Assembly (NCBI GenBank): GCA_934746515.1
Contig: CAKVFH010000002.1
Location: 65,576 to 129,575, forward strand
DNA: 64,000 nt
Source: an uncultured Clostridia bacterium
Lineage (GTDB): Bacteria; Bacillota; Clostridia; Christensenellales; UBA1242
Direction of reading: 5' to 3'
The position numbers and the translations under genes are program-made. Shown piece after piece: positions 45,769-56,416 of the stretch (position 1 is the first letter of the stretch; each line of letters opens with the position of its first letter). The notes beneath the pieces were generated by a model. It searched no databases. It worked only from the letters and a program-made list of their open reading frames with translations, and was not told the origin of the DNA.

Positions 45769-47007
45769 TTAAGCAAGATACTCTTTGATTCTAACCCAAA
45801 TATCTTTGGTGTCTTCAAATTGTTTGTAGTGTTCTTTAACAAGTGCATCATATTTGTTAAACTCAACCAAAACTTCTTTAAACTCATCCATATTGAAAAA
45901 TGATGAAATCTTTGGAATTGCAATCTCAAGTTTTTCTCTTGTTGTTTGCATAATTTTATCATAATCTTCCATTTGAGTGATGTATGTGTAAAGTGGTTTA
46001 TATCTCACCCAACCTTTGCACGCACGAAGGAATCTATCAATAACTTCATGTGATTTTGTTGATTCAACACGATTAAGTTTTGTTGGCAAAACACCTTTCA
46101 AAAGGTTGTTATACATTGAAAAACCATCGTGGAATGTGTATGTTGGGATAAGTTTAACAGTGCAGTTTGTTATACAAGTGCTTAAGAATGTATCTTCTCC
46201 CCTTGCACCTGGTGGGTTGAAGAATGGGAAAACCTTATTTTTGTTTGTTAAATTTAAACCAAGGTTTCCGCCAGTGATGAATTTTGATTTGTTGACTTCT
46301 TCAACCAAAGATGCCTTTTTGCTTTTTAAGATATCTTTGTTTGCATAAGTAACACCACCATTATTCATAACGCCTTTAATGTAGTCCCAATTCAAAACAT
46401 CGTTGCTCATAGCTTCAATAAATGCTCTGAAATCTTCTTCTTTAACAATGTTGTCGAATTCTACACAAGGAATTGGAGAGATGTAGCCGCAATGATAACC
46501 ATTGGTTACATCGGCATACATAAGCTGTTTGACATGTTCTTCAATAACATGTTGTCCACTCCAAATAGTAAAGTCGGTTGAATCAGTAACCGCCATAGGA
46601 TATTCATCATCGTCCATAAAAATAAGCATATCCATTTTTAGTTTCAATGCGTTATAAAGAACAATGTTTCTTCTTACAGCGTATCCTTCGCCAAAGCAAA
46701 TAGACTTTTCTTTTTCTTTAATGACTTTTTTGTTAACAAGCTCATTCAAGGTTGCTTCAATATCTTCATCACCTATGAATGTGCATGATGTAAATTCTTT
46801 TTTAATTTCTTCATCAAGTGAAACATAATCTTCTTTTGTTGTGCCGAGATATTTCAAATCATAAGCCACAATCAAATGGAGTTTAACATTATTTTCTTTC
46901 AAAAAATGTGTTTCATTCAAGTGATAGATGTAGGTGGAAAGAACACTTTTAAATTGTTTTCTTCCCGTTGCAAGTCCAATTGCTACATTTATTTCTTTTT
47001 CTTCCAT
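45769..47007 (-). CDS. Glycosyltransferase-like protein (DxD type), family not recognised
   Basis: Start ATG 47007 follows GAGGTGA. Motifs LIFMDDDEYP (DxD) and PGARGEDTFLS. Confidence 0.4.
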   Translation of the reverse strand: MEEKEINVAIGLATGRKQFKSVLSTYIYHLNETHFLKENNVKLHLIVAYDLKYLGTTKEDYVSLDEEIKKEFTSCTFIGDEDIEATLNELVNKKVIKEKEKSICFGEGYAVRRNIVLYNALKLKMDMLIFMDDDEYPMAVTDSTDFTIWSGQHVIEEHVKQLMYADVTNGYHCGYISPIPCVEFDNIVKEEDFRAFIEAMSNDVLNWDYIKGVMNNGGVTYANKDILKSKKASLVEEVNKSKFITGGNLGLNLTNKNKVFPFFNPPGARGEDTFLSTCITNCTVKLIPTYTFHDGFSMYNNLLKGVLPTKLNRVESTKSHEVIDRFLRACKGWVRYKPLYTYITQMEDYDKIMQTTREKLEIAIPKISSFFNMDEFKEVLVEFNKYDALVKEHYKQFEDTKDIWVRIKEYLA

Positions 47008-47231
47008 TTTCACCTCGCATGCACACATTATAGCACAAACAAATAAAAATTGCAAATATATGACGACTTTGAAGCCCTTTTAGACCCATTGTAAGGCATA
47101 AAAATACCCATAATCACCGGTTTTATCAGCAATTATGGGTAATAACATGGAATTGATAATTTTTCAAAAAACATGCCTTTTTATGCCGTTTTGCACCAAA
47201 AATTTTTGTGAAAAATGTACAAAAATAATTT

Positions 47232-47933
47232 CTAGAACATCTTATTGCCTTCAATAACAGGATATTTTGACCAGTCGAAATGAACAAATTTTTCTTCTTT
47301 TCCGTCTTTTAAAAACGCCCCATTGTCTTTCAAAACAATAAAATCCTTATCTTTATTTTCACGCCTTTCTCTTAAATAATCCTTATAAAAAAGTGTGTTA
47401 GGAACTCTAAAATCAGATCTTTTTGCATTCTCTATTTCATCACTAAACGGAAATCTATACCTGCTTGCATGAACAAACACAATTTTTGGTATAAAACCAA
47501 ACCCAAGCAATGCATTCTCGCCATAAAGCTCTTTCAAATCAACTGAATATGGCTCTGATTTAAGCGTCCATTCGGTGTCACTTCCCGCAACAATCGCGCC
47601 TGCACTTTGCCCAGCAAACAGCACACCATTTTCAACCAATTCTTTAATTTTTTCAAACTGATTATATTTTTTCAAATAATGAATAAGCTGCGTTGTGTTG
47701 CCACCTTTCACAAAAATCATGTCGAGTTTGTCGGAAAAATCATAATTTTCATCAAGATGGAAAACATTAAAACCTAGATTTTCAAGAAAAACTGTGTTTG
47801 ATTCGGAATAAAAATCACCAAATTCATCTGCATAACCAACCAGCAAACAGTTGTGTTTTTGCGACATATCAAAAAATTTTGGTAAAAATTTTGCTGCTAA
47901 AAATTTAAAGTTTGAACATAAAAATAATCTCAT
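47232..47933 (-). CDS. S51 (peptidase E)-family protein
   Basis: Motifs VKGGNTTQLIHYL, GQSAGAIVAG (nucleophile Ser context) and VFVHASR. 4-nt ATGA overlap with the upstream PIN-like gene. Confidence 0.65.
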   Translation of the reverse strand: MRLFLCSNFKFLAAKFLPKFFDMSQKHNCLLVGYADEFGDFYSESNTVFLENLGFNVFHLDENYDFSDKLDMIFVKGGNTTQLIHYLKKYNQFEKIKELVENGVLFAGQSAGAIVAGSDTEWTLKSEPYSVDLKELYGENALLGFGFIPKIVFVHASRYRFPFSDEIENAKRSDFRVPNTLFYKDYLRERRENKDKDFIVLKDNGAFLKDGKEEKFVHFDWSKYPVIEGNKMF

Positions 47934-48631
47934 AAACTCACCACTGGAAGCTGTATATCTTGCGCATTTTCACCAAATGAAGCAGATTTTAATGCTTCAC
48001 ACATGCCATCATGCGGAGCAAAATAATTATCTCTAAAAAGTTCGAGAAATTGAAAAGATGTGTATGGCGCTGGAACAAATTTGATACCTTCAATATAATA
48101 TGAATAATTTCTAGCTTCATTTATATGCTGAATATCACTCATTCTTTTGCCACTAGCTTGTTTTCTTGAAGGGTTGTAATTTGTAAAATCTCTAACATTG
48201 TTAGTGATTAGCGACAAACCCAAAATCGTTGCTTCCGCCATAATCAAAGCATCTCTCATAGGCTTTCCGCCATCATTATTCATTGCATTTTTCTGAATAT
48301 ATTGGTATGCAAGTGCGCTTACTTTTCTGGCGTAAGCATCTGCGTTTTTAGGCTCATAGACAAAGCAGTATTTTTCAAGAAAGTCCTTCTCTTTTTGAGT
48401 AGTAAAACCTTCTTTTGCCCAGCCTTGTTTAATCTCAAAATAAACTGTTGGAGTGATTATAAATTTAACATGTCCATTTGCAGCCATTCTTTTTATATCT
48501 CTGCAAGACTGTTTAAAACCAAATTTTGCTCCGTGTTTTGAACTGAAATTTTCATCCAAACGCGACATTGTTATAAAGGCATTTGTATCAATTGCAACAA
48601 TTGATTGTTTGTGTTGTGATTTATCTTTCAT
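47930..48631 (-). CDS. PIN-like nuclease-domain protein with a ~80-aa C-terminal extension
   Basis: Acidic quartet contexts VAIDTNAF, VYFEIKQ, RDALIMAEA and LITNNVRDF. Confidence 0.5.
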   Translation of the reverse strand: MKDKSQHKQSIVAIDTNAFITMSRLDENFSSKHGAKFGFKQSCRDIKRMAANGHVKFIITPTVYFEIKQGWAKEGFTTQKEKDFLEKYCFVYEPKNADAYARKVSALAYQYIQKNAMNNDGGKPMRDALIMAEATILGLSLITNNVRDFTNYNPSRKQASGKRMSDIQHINEARNYSYYIEGIKFVPAPYTSFQFLELFRDNYFAPHDGMCEALKSASFGENAQDIQLPVVSL

Positions 48632-48831
48632 TATAACTCACCACCACTAACAACGTTAAACTCGCCATTTTTCAGAGTCTTTTCGTTCTCTTTATAGACT
48701 TTCACCAAAAATTCAGTCATTTGCTTTTCGTCAAGTTTACTCAAGAACTCATCCTGCTCTCTTCTGTCTTTTTCAAGCCGATTTAACCTTTGCATAACTT
48801 CAAGCTCATCTTTTTCTAAAATTTCTTCCAT
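48631..48831 (-). CDS. Small helical protein (antitoxin-like partner candidate)
   Basis: 66 aa, Glu/Lys-rich. Its stop overlaps the start of the PIN-like gene by 1 nt. Confidence 0.45.
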   Translation of the reverse strand: MEEILEKDELEVMQRLNRLEKDRREQDEFLSKLDEKQMTEFLVKVYKENEKTLKNGEFNVVSGGEL

Positions 48832-48940
48832 AACATTCTCCTAATTTTATTATAAAGTAACAAACTCCATTTATCAAGAGAAACATGCAGAAAAGAAAAA
48901 ACATAGATTTTTTAAATAAATCTATGTTTTTTGCTATTTT

Positions 48941-49648
48941 TTATTGATTTTTCAAGAGTTTCTGAAGTATTTTGCACTTTTCTTTGTTCATATCTGGCGT
49001 GTCAGCCAATCTATATGGCAAATTTAATTTTTCATATTTTGGCTTTGCCATTGAGTGATATGGCAAAAGTTCAACCTTTTCAACATTAGGAATTTTTTCT
49101 GCAAACTCCTTTAACATCATCACATGTTCTTCATCGTCGTTGATATTAGGAACAATAACTTGCCTGAGCCACAATTTCTTGTTTAAGTTTTTGCATTTTT
49201 TCAAAAATATATTAAAGTTAGAAATATCTCTGCCTGTGATAAATTTATATTCATCAGCTTTAACAGCTTTTATGTCAAGGATAACAAGGTCAACAAGTTT
49301 TAAAACTTCATCATAGTTTTCACCAACACCTGCGGTGTCAATGGCTGTGTGAATTCCATTTTGCTTTAAAAGTTTGATTGTTTCAAGCACAAACTCGCTC
49401 TGCAAAAGTGGTTCGCCACCAGAAAATGTTACCCCACCAGTTTCACCATAATAATTTGAATACTTTTTATATTTTTCCAAAACTTCTTCAGGTGAAATGT
49501 CATTGGCACCTTCACTTGTCCATGTTTCAGGATTATGACAGTAAAGACAACGAAGCTTACAGCCTGCCATAAACAAAACAAGTCTCATGCCCGGACCATC
49601 AACAAGACCCATGGTTTCAATATCTCTAATCTTTCCTATTTTTGTCAT
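48941..49648 (-). CDS. pflA: Pyruvate formate-lyase activating enzyme (radical SAM)
   Basis: CKLRCLYCHN motif. Adjacent to pflB. Confidence 0.95.
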   Translation of the reverse strand: MTKIGKIRDIETMGLVDGPGMRLVLFMAGCKLRCLYCHNPETWTSEGANDISPEEVLEKYKKYSNYYGETGGVTFSGGEPLLQSEFVLETIKLLKQNGIHTAIDTAGVGENYDEVLKLVDLVILDIKAVKADEYKFITGRDISNFNIFLKKCKNLNKKLWLRQVIVPNINDDEEHVMMLKEFAEKIPNVEKVELLPYHSMAKPKYEKLNLPYRLADTPDMNKEKCKILQKLLKNQ

Positions 49649-49653
49649 AAGAA

Positions 49654-51909
49654 TTATCTCTTTGTGTGGAATGTTCTTGCAATAACTTCTTCTTGATGAG
49701 CTCTGTCAAGCTTGTTGAAGTTTACAGCATAACCAGAAACACGAATTGTAAGGTTTGGATATTTCCAAGGATTGTTCATTGCATCAATCAAAAGTTCTCT
49801 GTTCAAAACATTAACATTGATGTGTTGAGCACCTTGAACAAAATATCCGTCAAGAATTGAAACAAGATTGTTAATTTGATCATTTTCATCTTTGCCCAAA
49901 GCATCTGGAACGATTGAGAATGTGTTTGAAATACCGTCTTGACAGCAACCAAAGAATGGAAGTTTTGCAACAGAGTTGAGTGAAGCAAGAGCGCCACTAG
50001 AATCTCTTCCGTGCATTGGATTTGCGCCTGGAGCGAATGGTTCGCCAGCTTTTCTTCCGTCTGGAGTGCTACCGGTCTTTTTGCCATACATAACATTTGA
50101 TGTAATTGTCAAAAGTGACAATGTTGGCTTTGCATTTCTGTAAAGTGGATGTTTGTCAAGGTCTGCAAAGAATTCTTTGATAAGTTCAACAGCAAGAGAG
50201 TCAACTCTGTCATCGTCGTTACCATATTTTGGGAATTCGCCTTCGATTTTGAAATCTACAGCAATACCTTGTTCATTTCTAATAGGTTTAACTTTTGCAT
50301 ATTTAATAGCTGAAAGTGAGTCAACAGCTGATGAGAATCCAGCAACACCGAAAGCCATCAAACGCTCAACTTGAGTGTCATGAAGAGCCATTTGGCTAGC
50401 TTCATAAGCATATTTATCATGCATAAAGTGGATAATGTTGTTTGCATCAACATAAATTTTTGCAATAGTTTTAAGCATTTCAGAATATCTTGCACGAACA
50501 TCTTCATAAGACAAAACTTCTTCAGTATTCTTTTCTTTGCCTTCAATAACAAGCTTGCCTGAAAGTTCATCATAACCACCATTGATTGCATACAAAAGTG
50601 ATTTTGCAAGGTTGCAACGAGCGCCAAAGAATTGCATTTGTTTGCCTTCTTTCATTGAAGAAACGCAGCAAGCAATAGCATAGTCATGGCCGTAGTGTGG
50701 ACGCATTGTGTCGTCGCCTTCATATTGAATTGAATCAGTCTTAATTGAAATTTTAGCGCAGTATTTTTTGAAGTTTTCTGGCAAACCTTTTGACCAAAGA
50801 ACTGTAAGGTTTGGTTCAGCACTTGAATTAAGGTTAATCAAAGTGTGCAAAAATCTGAATGATGATTTTGTAACCAAACTTCTTGATTCGTTGATCATTC
50901 CGGCAATACTTTCAGTAACCCATGTTGGGTCGCCAGCAAAGAGTTCATCATAATCTGGAGTTCTCAAGTGTCTAATCAAACGAAGTTTAATAACAAATTG
51001 ATCAACAAGCTCTTGAGCTTCAGCTTCTGTGAGTGTTCCATTTTTAAGATCACGCTCAATATAGCAATCAAAGAATGTTGCATCTCTTCCCATAGAAGTT
51101 GCAGCACCATTGTTTTCTTTTGCACCAGCAAGATATCCAAAATAAGCCCATTGAATAGCTTCTTTTGCGTTTTTAGCAGGTTTAGAAATATCACATCCAT
51201 AGCCTTCTGCCATTTTCTTGATTTCTTCCAAAGCTCTGATTTGTTCGCTAACTTCTTCACGAAGTCTAATGTGTTCTTCAATGTTGTCTTCTGCAAGGAA
51301 ATCACCAAGTTTAACAACATCTTTGTGTTTTTCTTCAATAAGTCTGTCGATACCATAAAGAGCAATTCTTCTATAGTCACCAATAATTCTTCCCCTGCCG
51401 TAGCCATCTGGAAGGCCTGTCAAAAGACCGTTGCTTCTTGCTCTTCTGATTGATGGAGTGTAAGCATCAAAAACACCATCATTATGAGTTTTTCTGTAGG
51501 TTGTGAAAGCTTTCAAAACTTCAGGGTTAAGCTCATAACCATGAGCAGCAAGTGCTTTCAAAGCAATTTTTGTGCCACCATACATGTTTACAATTCTTTT
51601 AAGTGGTTTATCTGTTTGCAAACCAACAATAACTTCATTTTCTTTGTCAATGTAACCAGGTTTGAACGCATTGATTCCGCTCAAAATGTTGGTTTCAACA
51701 TCCAAGCAACCACCATGTTTGTTTTCTTCAACCAAAAGTTCTTCACATCTGTTCCAAACTTTCTTTGTTTTTTCGGTTATTGGTGACAAAAAGCTGTCAT
51801 CCCCTGTGTATTCAGTGTAGTTTCTGTCAATAAAATCACTAACATCAATAGAATCTCTCCAAGTGTCACCTTTAAAACCATTCCATTCTTCAATAATATT
51901 TTCTTCCAT
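49654..51909 (-). CDS. pflB: Formate C-acetyltransferase (pyruvate formate-lyase)
   Basis: 751 aa. Glycyl-radical motif [11 protein letters not shown]. Active-site ACCVS. Confidence 0.95.
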   Translation of the reverse strand: MEENIIEEWNGFKGDTWRDSIDVSDFIDRNYTEYTGDDSFLSPITEKTKKVWNRCEELLVEENKHGGCLDVETNILSGINAFKPGYIDKENEVIVGLQTDKPLKRIVNMYGGTKIALKALAAHGYELNPEVLKAFTTYRKTHNDGVFDAYTPSIRRARSNGLLTGLPDGYGRGRIIGDYRRIALYGIDRLIEEKHKDVVKLGDFLAEDNIEEHIRLREEVSEQIRALEEIKKMAEGYGCDISKPAKNAKEAIQWAYFGYLAGAKENNGAATSMGRDATFFDCYIERDLKNGTLTEAEAQELVDQFVIKLRLIRHLRTPDYDELFAGDPTWVTESIAGMINESRSLVTKSSFRFLHTLINLNSSAEPNLTVLWSKGLPENFKKYCAKISIKTDSIQYEGDDTMRPHYGHDYAIACCVSSMKEGKQMQFFGARCNLAKSLLYAINGGYDELSGKLVIEGKEKNTEEVLSYEDVRARYSEMLKTIAKIYVDANNIIHFMHDKYAYEASQMALHDTQVERLMAFGVAGFSSAVDSLSAIKYAKVKPIRNEQGIAVDFKIEGEFPKYGNDDDRVDSLAVELIKEFFADLDKHPLYRNAKPTLSLLTITSNVMYGKKTGSTPDGRKAGEPFAPGANPMHGRDSSGALASLNSVAKLPFFGCCQDGISNTFSIVPDALGKDENDQINNLVSILDGYFVQGAQHINVNVLNRELLIDAMNNPWKYPNLTIRVSGYAVNFNKLDRAHQEEVIARTFHTKR

Positions 51910-52105
51910 AATCTCTCCTATAAATTATAACCATTTATTTTAATGATTAAACGAACTCAAAATTTCATTCAAAAAATCACAAAAATAAACCGCTACCTTA
52001 AAAGTAACGGAAATATAATAGCATATAATCTTTTCAATTAAAAGAAAAATGCGACAAATTTTTTATATTTTGTAAAATTTGCATATATATTTATATCAAA
52101 AAATA

Positions 52106-52609
52106 TTAGTAACCATTGAGTGGAATATTTTCATCATCTTCACCTTTGGTTATTGACTTGATTGTGACGAAATATGAATTGTCTTCGCAGACTTTCACAA
52201 GTACCCTGTCACCCACCTTGTGTTTCAAAATAGCCTTGCCAAAAGGCGACTCTTTACTGTAAACACTATGGTTTAAGTCAAGCCTTGTTGTTGTTGAAAG
52301 TCTGATTGTTTCAACTTCGCCAGTATCTTCATACAAAACTTCAACTCTATCAAAAAGTCCAACTTCATCTGGTGCAGATTCTGTGGAGATAACTTTCGCG
52401 GTTTTTATCATCTTTTGCAAAAATCTTATTCTGCTTTCATTTCGTCCAAAAGCACGCCTTGCGCTTCTATACTCCGCATTTTCCGACAAGTCACCAAGTG
52501 AACGAGCTTCCTTCACATCATCTGAAAGTTTTGGTCGAAGCTCAATTGTTCTATACTTTATCTCTTCTTTCATTTTCTTTATATCAACCGGAGTAAGTTC
52601 ATTATACAT
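52106..52609 (-). CDS. greA: Transcription elongation factor GreA
   Basis: SLGDLSENAEYRSAR. The likely start is MYNELTP at 52609. Confidence 0.9.
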   Translation of the reverse strand: MYNELTPVDIKKMKEEIKYRTIELRPKLSDDVKEARSLGDLSENAEYRSARRAFGRNESRIRFLQKMIKTAKVISTESAPDEVGLFDRVEVLYEDTGEVETIRLSTTTRLDLNHSVYSKESPFGKAILKHKVGDRVLVKVCEDNSYFVTIKSITKGEDDENIPLNGY

Positions 52610-52715
52610 AATTTCACCACCTAGCACTTGCCGTTTTTAATAAAAAATAGTATAACCACGAAATGATTTTATGTCAATAAATTCAATTGTCAAATATTGA
52701 CAGCCACACCAAATC

Positions 52716-53354
52716 ATGCTACACTTTTCTTGCCGAGAAGGACGGCTCGCATTTATGAATATTACAGATGATGAAATTACAGATAAATCAAAATTAAACA
52801 AAAAAGTTTTTGAAAAGAAAATAAGACCTTTCAAAGTTTTAAAAAATCTTTTTATGAAACCCATTGATAAATTTAAAGAAGAAAAATTTCAAGATGCTTG
52901 TAACAAAACTTATGATAACTTTTTAAATTATGTCCAAAGAGAGCTTGGAAAACGTGGAACAGAATATATTGAGACAGAATTTGGAACAACCACTGTTTTT
53001 CACACTCAAGGTCAAGGACCAATCGTAAAAGTTCCATTAAACCAAGAAAACTCAAACCATGCAAACAAGCATGGCGAGTCACCTTTCAGAATTATTGGAT
53101 TTTTAAAAGAGCCTTTCAACCACTATATGCTTTATGATTTAACTATTGCAAAAGATATTGAACATTCAAACCCAGCAGACGGGGTCTACGAAGCAAAAGA
53201 CATCTACACAGTAGACGGATATAAAAAAGAATACTTTAAAACTCCTGCAATAAGAATTAGTGAAAAATCTTATAGTAAGCCAGAAATTTTAAAACAAATT
53301 GAAGAATTTGAAAATAAATTTTCACAAAATGGCATTCAAAAAGGCGAAGAATAA
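52716..53354 (+). CDS. Hypothetical protein
   Basis: 212-aa ORF with no recognised motif. The internal ATG at 52755 (MNITDDE) is an alternative start. Confidence 0.45.
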   Translation: MLHFSCREGRLAFMNITDDEITDKSKLNKKVFEKKIRPFKVLKNLFMKPIDKFKEEKFQDACNKTYDNFLNYVQRELGKRGTEYIETEFGTTTVFHTQGQGPIVKVPLNQENSNHANKHGESPFRIIGFLKEPFNHYMLYDLTIAKDIEHSNPADGVYEAKDIYTVDGYKKEYFKTPAIRISEKSYSKPEILKQIEEFENKFSQNGIQKGEE

Positions 53355-53370
53355 AAATAAATTACGCATA

Positions 53371-53400
53371 AAAAAACACTCACAATAATGGGTGTTTTTT
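53371..53400. terminator. Bidirectional terminator between convergent genes
   Basis: Stem ACACTCA/TGGGTGT (one G-U pair) flanked by an A-run and a T-run. Confidence 0.65.
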
Positions 53401-53434
53401 CTTTGAGTTTCAAACACTAAACAACATTAAAAAT

Positions 53435-54547
53435 TTATTGTTTTACAGATTGATTCCCTTCTTTACATTTTTCAATGATATCGTTCATTTTTTCATATTT
53501 CAAAATCATGTCTTGCGCGAGCTTAAGTTGACATCTTGCCCTATCCAAATTATGTTCAGGATAGTTTATTTTAAAATATGTGTCGCCGTTTAAGTAGTCC
53601 GCCAAAAATCTTGAACCACATTCAACTGTCATTGTGATTGCGCCAAGTGGCAGTGTGTCAAGTTCTTCTTTTGTGAAAACATTGCCTGCACCATTCATAA
53701 AACCTTTTGAAAAACTTTCAAATTTTGTTAGGTCTAGCGCAACCTTGTTTAAATCTTTTTCATCTTCAGTTGCAGTGTTTGCAACAAATCTAATTCCGTC
53801 ACCAAAATCAAAACCAGCAAGGCCAGGCATAACAGTGTCAAGGTCAATAACACAAATATGTTTTTTTGTTTTTACATCAAACAAAACATTGTTGCATTTT
53901 GTGTCGTTGTGCGTAACCCTTGCAGGCAACTCACCTGTCAAGTACTGATAATACATTTGCGATGCAGGCTCTTTTAAAGATAAATAGTCTTGAATTAAAT
54001 CTTCAACGCCAGCTCTTCTTGACATTACATCATTTTGAATCGCTGTCTCAAGATCAGCAAATCTGCTTGGTGTGTTATGAAAATTTGGAATAGTCTCAAA
54101 AAGTTTGTTTGCAGGAAAATCTCCCAAAAGTTTTTGAAACTCACCAAAAGCATAGCCGGTTTCATAAATTATTTCTTGATTTTCGGTTATATCGTAAGTT
54201 TCTGAATTGCTAACAAATTCATAACCACGATAAAAATCTCCGTCGACTTCTACAAACCCGAGTCCGTTTTCACCTTTCAAAAATTTTAAACCTTGGGCTT
54301 TTTTGCCGTCCAAGCTTTTGTTTTCAATAAAACTTGTAACCAGCAAAATATTTTGCATGAGTTCATCAGGTTTTTTGAAAACATTTGTGTTAATTCTTTG
54401 CACAATATAAGATTTGTCTTCGCCATTATTTGAAACATCAATCTTAAAAGTAGTATTGATGTGTCCACTAGAAAGAACTGAAACTCCAATAACATCACCA
54501 GAAATTCCAAGTTTCTTACTAATTTCAATAATATCGTTTGTTTCCAT
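53435..54547 (-). CDS. Aminoglycoside-phosphotransferase-fold kinase (sugar/N-acetylhexosamine-kinase-like)
   Basis: Motifs VTHNDTKCNNVLFD and CVIDLDTVMPG. Start ATG 54547 follows AAGGAG. Confidence 0.7.
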   Translation of the reverse strand: METNDIIEISKKLGISGDVIGVSVLSSGHINTTFKIDVSNNGEDKSYIVQRINTNVFKKPDELMQNILLVTSFIENKSLDGKKAQGLKFLKGENGLGFVEVDGDFYRGYEFVSNSETYDITENQEIIYETGYAFGEFQKLLGDFPANKLFETIPNFHNTPSRFADLETAIQNDVMSRRAGVEDLIQDYLSLKEPASQMYYQYLTGELPARVTHNDTKCNNVLFDVKTKKHICVIDLDTVMPGLAGFDFGDGIRFVANTATEDEKDLNKVALDLTKFESFSKGFMNGAGNVFTKEELDTLPLGAITMTVECGSRFLADYLNGDTYFKINYPEHNLDRARCQLKLAQDMILKYEKMNDIIEKCKEGNQSVKQ

Positions 54548-54782
54548 ATTTCTCCTTTCGCGCATGGACATTATACCAAATCTTTCACAAAAAATCAATA
54601 TCCAATGTTTTTGTCATCATATTATATGATTTTTTGCATGATTTTTGTGATAAAAAAAGAAACACTGCTTGCGAAAAAAACCTTCTATGTTTTGAAATTT
54701 ATTTCGAATAAAATGAAAATAAAACGCAAATTTATCCATAAAATTAAGAAATAAACTATAAAAAGACCTAAAAAATAGATTT

Positions 54783-54815
54783 TTAATTAAAAAAGCCAAA
54801 CTAAATTTGTTTGGC
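54783..54815 (-). terminator. Terminator overlapping the stop codon of the 54801 gene
   Basis: Stem GCCAAAC/GTTTGGC followed on the minus strand by TTTTTTAATT. Confidence 0.7.
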
Positions 54816-55514
54816 AATTTCAATATCAACTGCAAAAATTACAGCTATAATAATTGTAAGTATAATGACAAATAAAACATATTGCCACACTTTTTTTGGC
54901 TGAACATTTTTAAGAATTATGCCAAGCACATATACAATAACAAAATCTATGGCAAGTGAAATTACAACACCCACAAATTTCCAAAAGAAACCTGTTTGAG
55001 ATCCTGAAATGATAGAAATTTTAATAACCAATAAAACAACAAGTGCAGCAATAACAACCCCGCGTAAAACAGTTCCAAAAGCATCTAACTTTTTTATCTC
55101 ATTTTCCTTTTTATTAAAGTCTGCAAGAAGTTCATTGTATCTTTCCAAGTCACTTGAAAAAGATTTCTTTTCATCTTCGGAAGCATTACCAAGAGCATTT
55201 TTCATATATTTTTCAATCTTTTTTACATCTTTATCAAGCAATAATGAAAAATCTAAAGTCTCTGCTTTGGCCATACCCAACCAGCAAGCCGAATTATCTG
55301 GAGCAAGCTTGCAAGCATTTTCAAAAGCTTCAAAAGCTTTGTCGTATTCTTCTAACTCAATAAACTTTTCACCAGCATTAAGAAAAGTTACTTCTGGTCT
55401 TTGTATATTTTCATCTGAAAACTCTGAACCACAATTTGGACATTTATATATACCTGTCGATTTTCTAAACTTTAACACAGCACCACAGTTAACACACTTA
55501 TGTTCAATCATCAC
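54801..55514 (-). CDS. Zinc-ribbon / TPR-like / C-terminal 3-TM membrane protein
   Basis: CVNCGAVLKF...YKCPNCGSEF, then a helical repeat region, then hydrophobic helices at the C-terminus. Confidence 0.6.
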   Translation of the reverse strand: MMIEHKCVNCGAVLKFRKSTGIYKCPNCGSEFSDENIQRPEVTFLNAGEKFIELEEYDKAFEAFENACKLAPDNSACWLGMAKAETLDFSLLLDKDVKKIEKYMKNALGNASEDEKKSFSSDLERYNELLADFNKKENEIKKLDAFGTVLRGVVIAALVVLLVIKISIISGSQTGFFWKFVGVVISLAIDFVIVYVLGIILKNVQPKKVWQYVLFVIILTIIIAVIFAVDIEIAKQI

Positions 55515-55663
55515 TTTAACTCCTTTGATTTATATCACCATAAATTATAAAGTCAAATCTCACACTTGTCAATAAATATCACACCAACCTAAAATGTAAA
55601 AATCATCCTTAATTTTAAAAATTTATACAAAAAACGCAATTTCGTACTATTTTTAGCTAAATT

Positions 55664-56179
55664 TTATAGATTTTTATTGATTTTTTTATTTTCCAGCTTC
55701 AAAAGAGCAATTTTATTTCTCACACCGCCGCCATAACCAGTAATGTTTCCATTTGCTCCCATAACTCTGTGACATGGAATAATAATGCAAATAGGATTTG
55801 CACCAACCGCCCCACCAACAGCTTGAGCAGACATTCTTTTTATGCCTTTTTGTGCGGCAATTCTTTGAGCTATTTCTCCATAAGTCATCGTTTCACCATA
55901 GGGAATTTCACTCATAATATCCGTTACACTCCTTCGAAATTCGCTAATATTTTCAAGTTTATATTTTGGGGTAAATTTTGATTCTTCACCAGAAAAATAA
56001 ATATCCAGCCATTTTTTTGTTTCATCAAAAATCGAAAACCCTTTTTCTTTTGCATTCGCACTAAACTTATGCTCATCTTTTGACCCTACAAAGAAAAGCC
56101 CCGTCAAAAATTGCCCGTCACTAATCATCACCATATCATCAAACTCTTTCGGAGTGTTATATAAACATTTATAAACCAT
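55664..56179 (-). CDS. ogt: Methylated-DNA--protein-cysteine methyltransferase
   Basis: IIIPCHRV active-site motif. Confidence 0.9.
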   Translation of the reverse strand: MVYKCLYNTPKEFDDMVMISDGQFLTGLFFVGSKDEHKFSANAKEKGFSIFDETKKWLDIYFSGEESKFTPKYKLENISEFRRSVTDIMSEIPYGETMTYGEIAQRIAAQKGIKRMSAQAVGGAVGANPICIIIPCHRVMGANGNITGYGGGVRNKIALLKLENKKINKNL

Positions 56180-56416
56180 TTTTCTTTACCACTTTCATTA
56201 TATCATACCAACTTTATTTTGTAATAAAATTTCAATCAATTCTTAAACAAAAAATAAATCAAATCTTTCACCCCCCCCTTTTTCAAAGATATGATTTATT
56301 TTTGCAAATGTAATCACAAAAAAATCCCAATTTCATTTGAAACTATCACAAAGCGCCAAGTACAATTTCATTGTAAACAAAAAAGGAAAGCCATTAAGAC
56401 TTTTCTTTTTTTAGTT

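Noticed and set aside
50968-51453. 161-aa plus-strand ORF and several other 60-140-aa ORFs inside pflB.
   Set aside because: They are antisense or out of frame within a highly conserved pflB coding sequence. No independent signals support them.
52637-52864. 75-aa minus-strand ORF between greA and the 52716 gene.
   Set aside because: It overlaps the start of the plus-strand gene, has no RBS, and shows hydrophobic low-complexity composition. It is more likely promoter or intergenic sequence.
55009-55575. 188-aa plus-strand ORF.
   Set aside because: It is entirely antisense to the better-supported 54801..55514 gene, which has a zinc ribbon, TM helices and its own terminator. The composition is low-complexity Ser/Phe, typical of an antisense frame.
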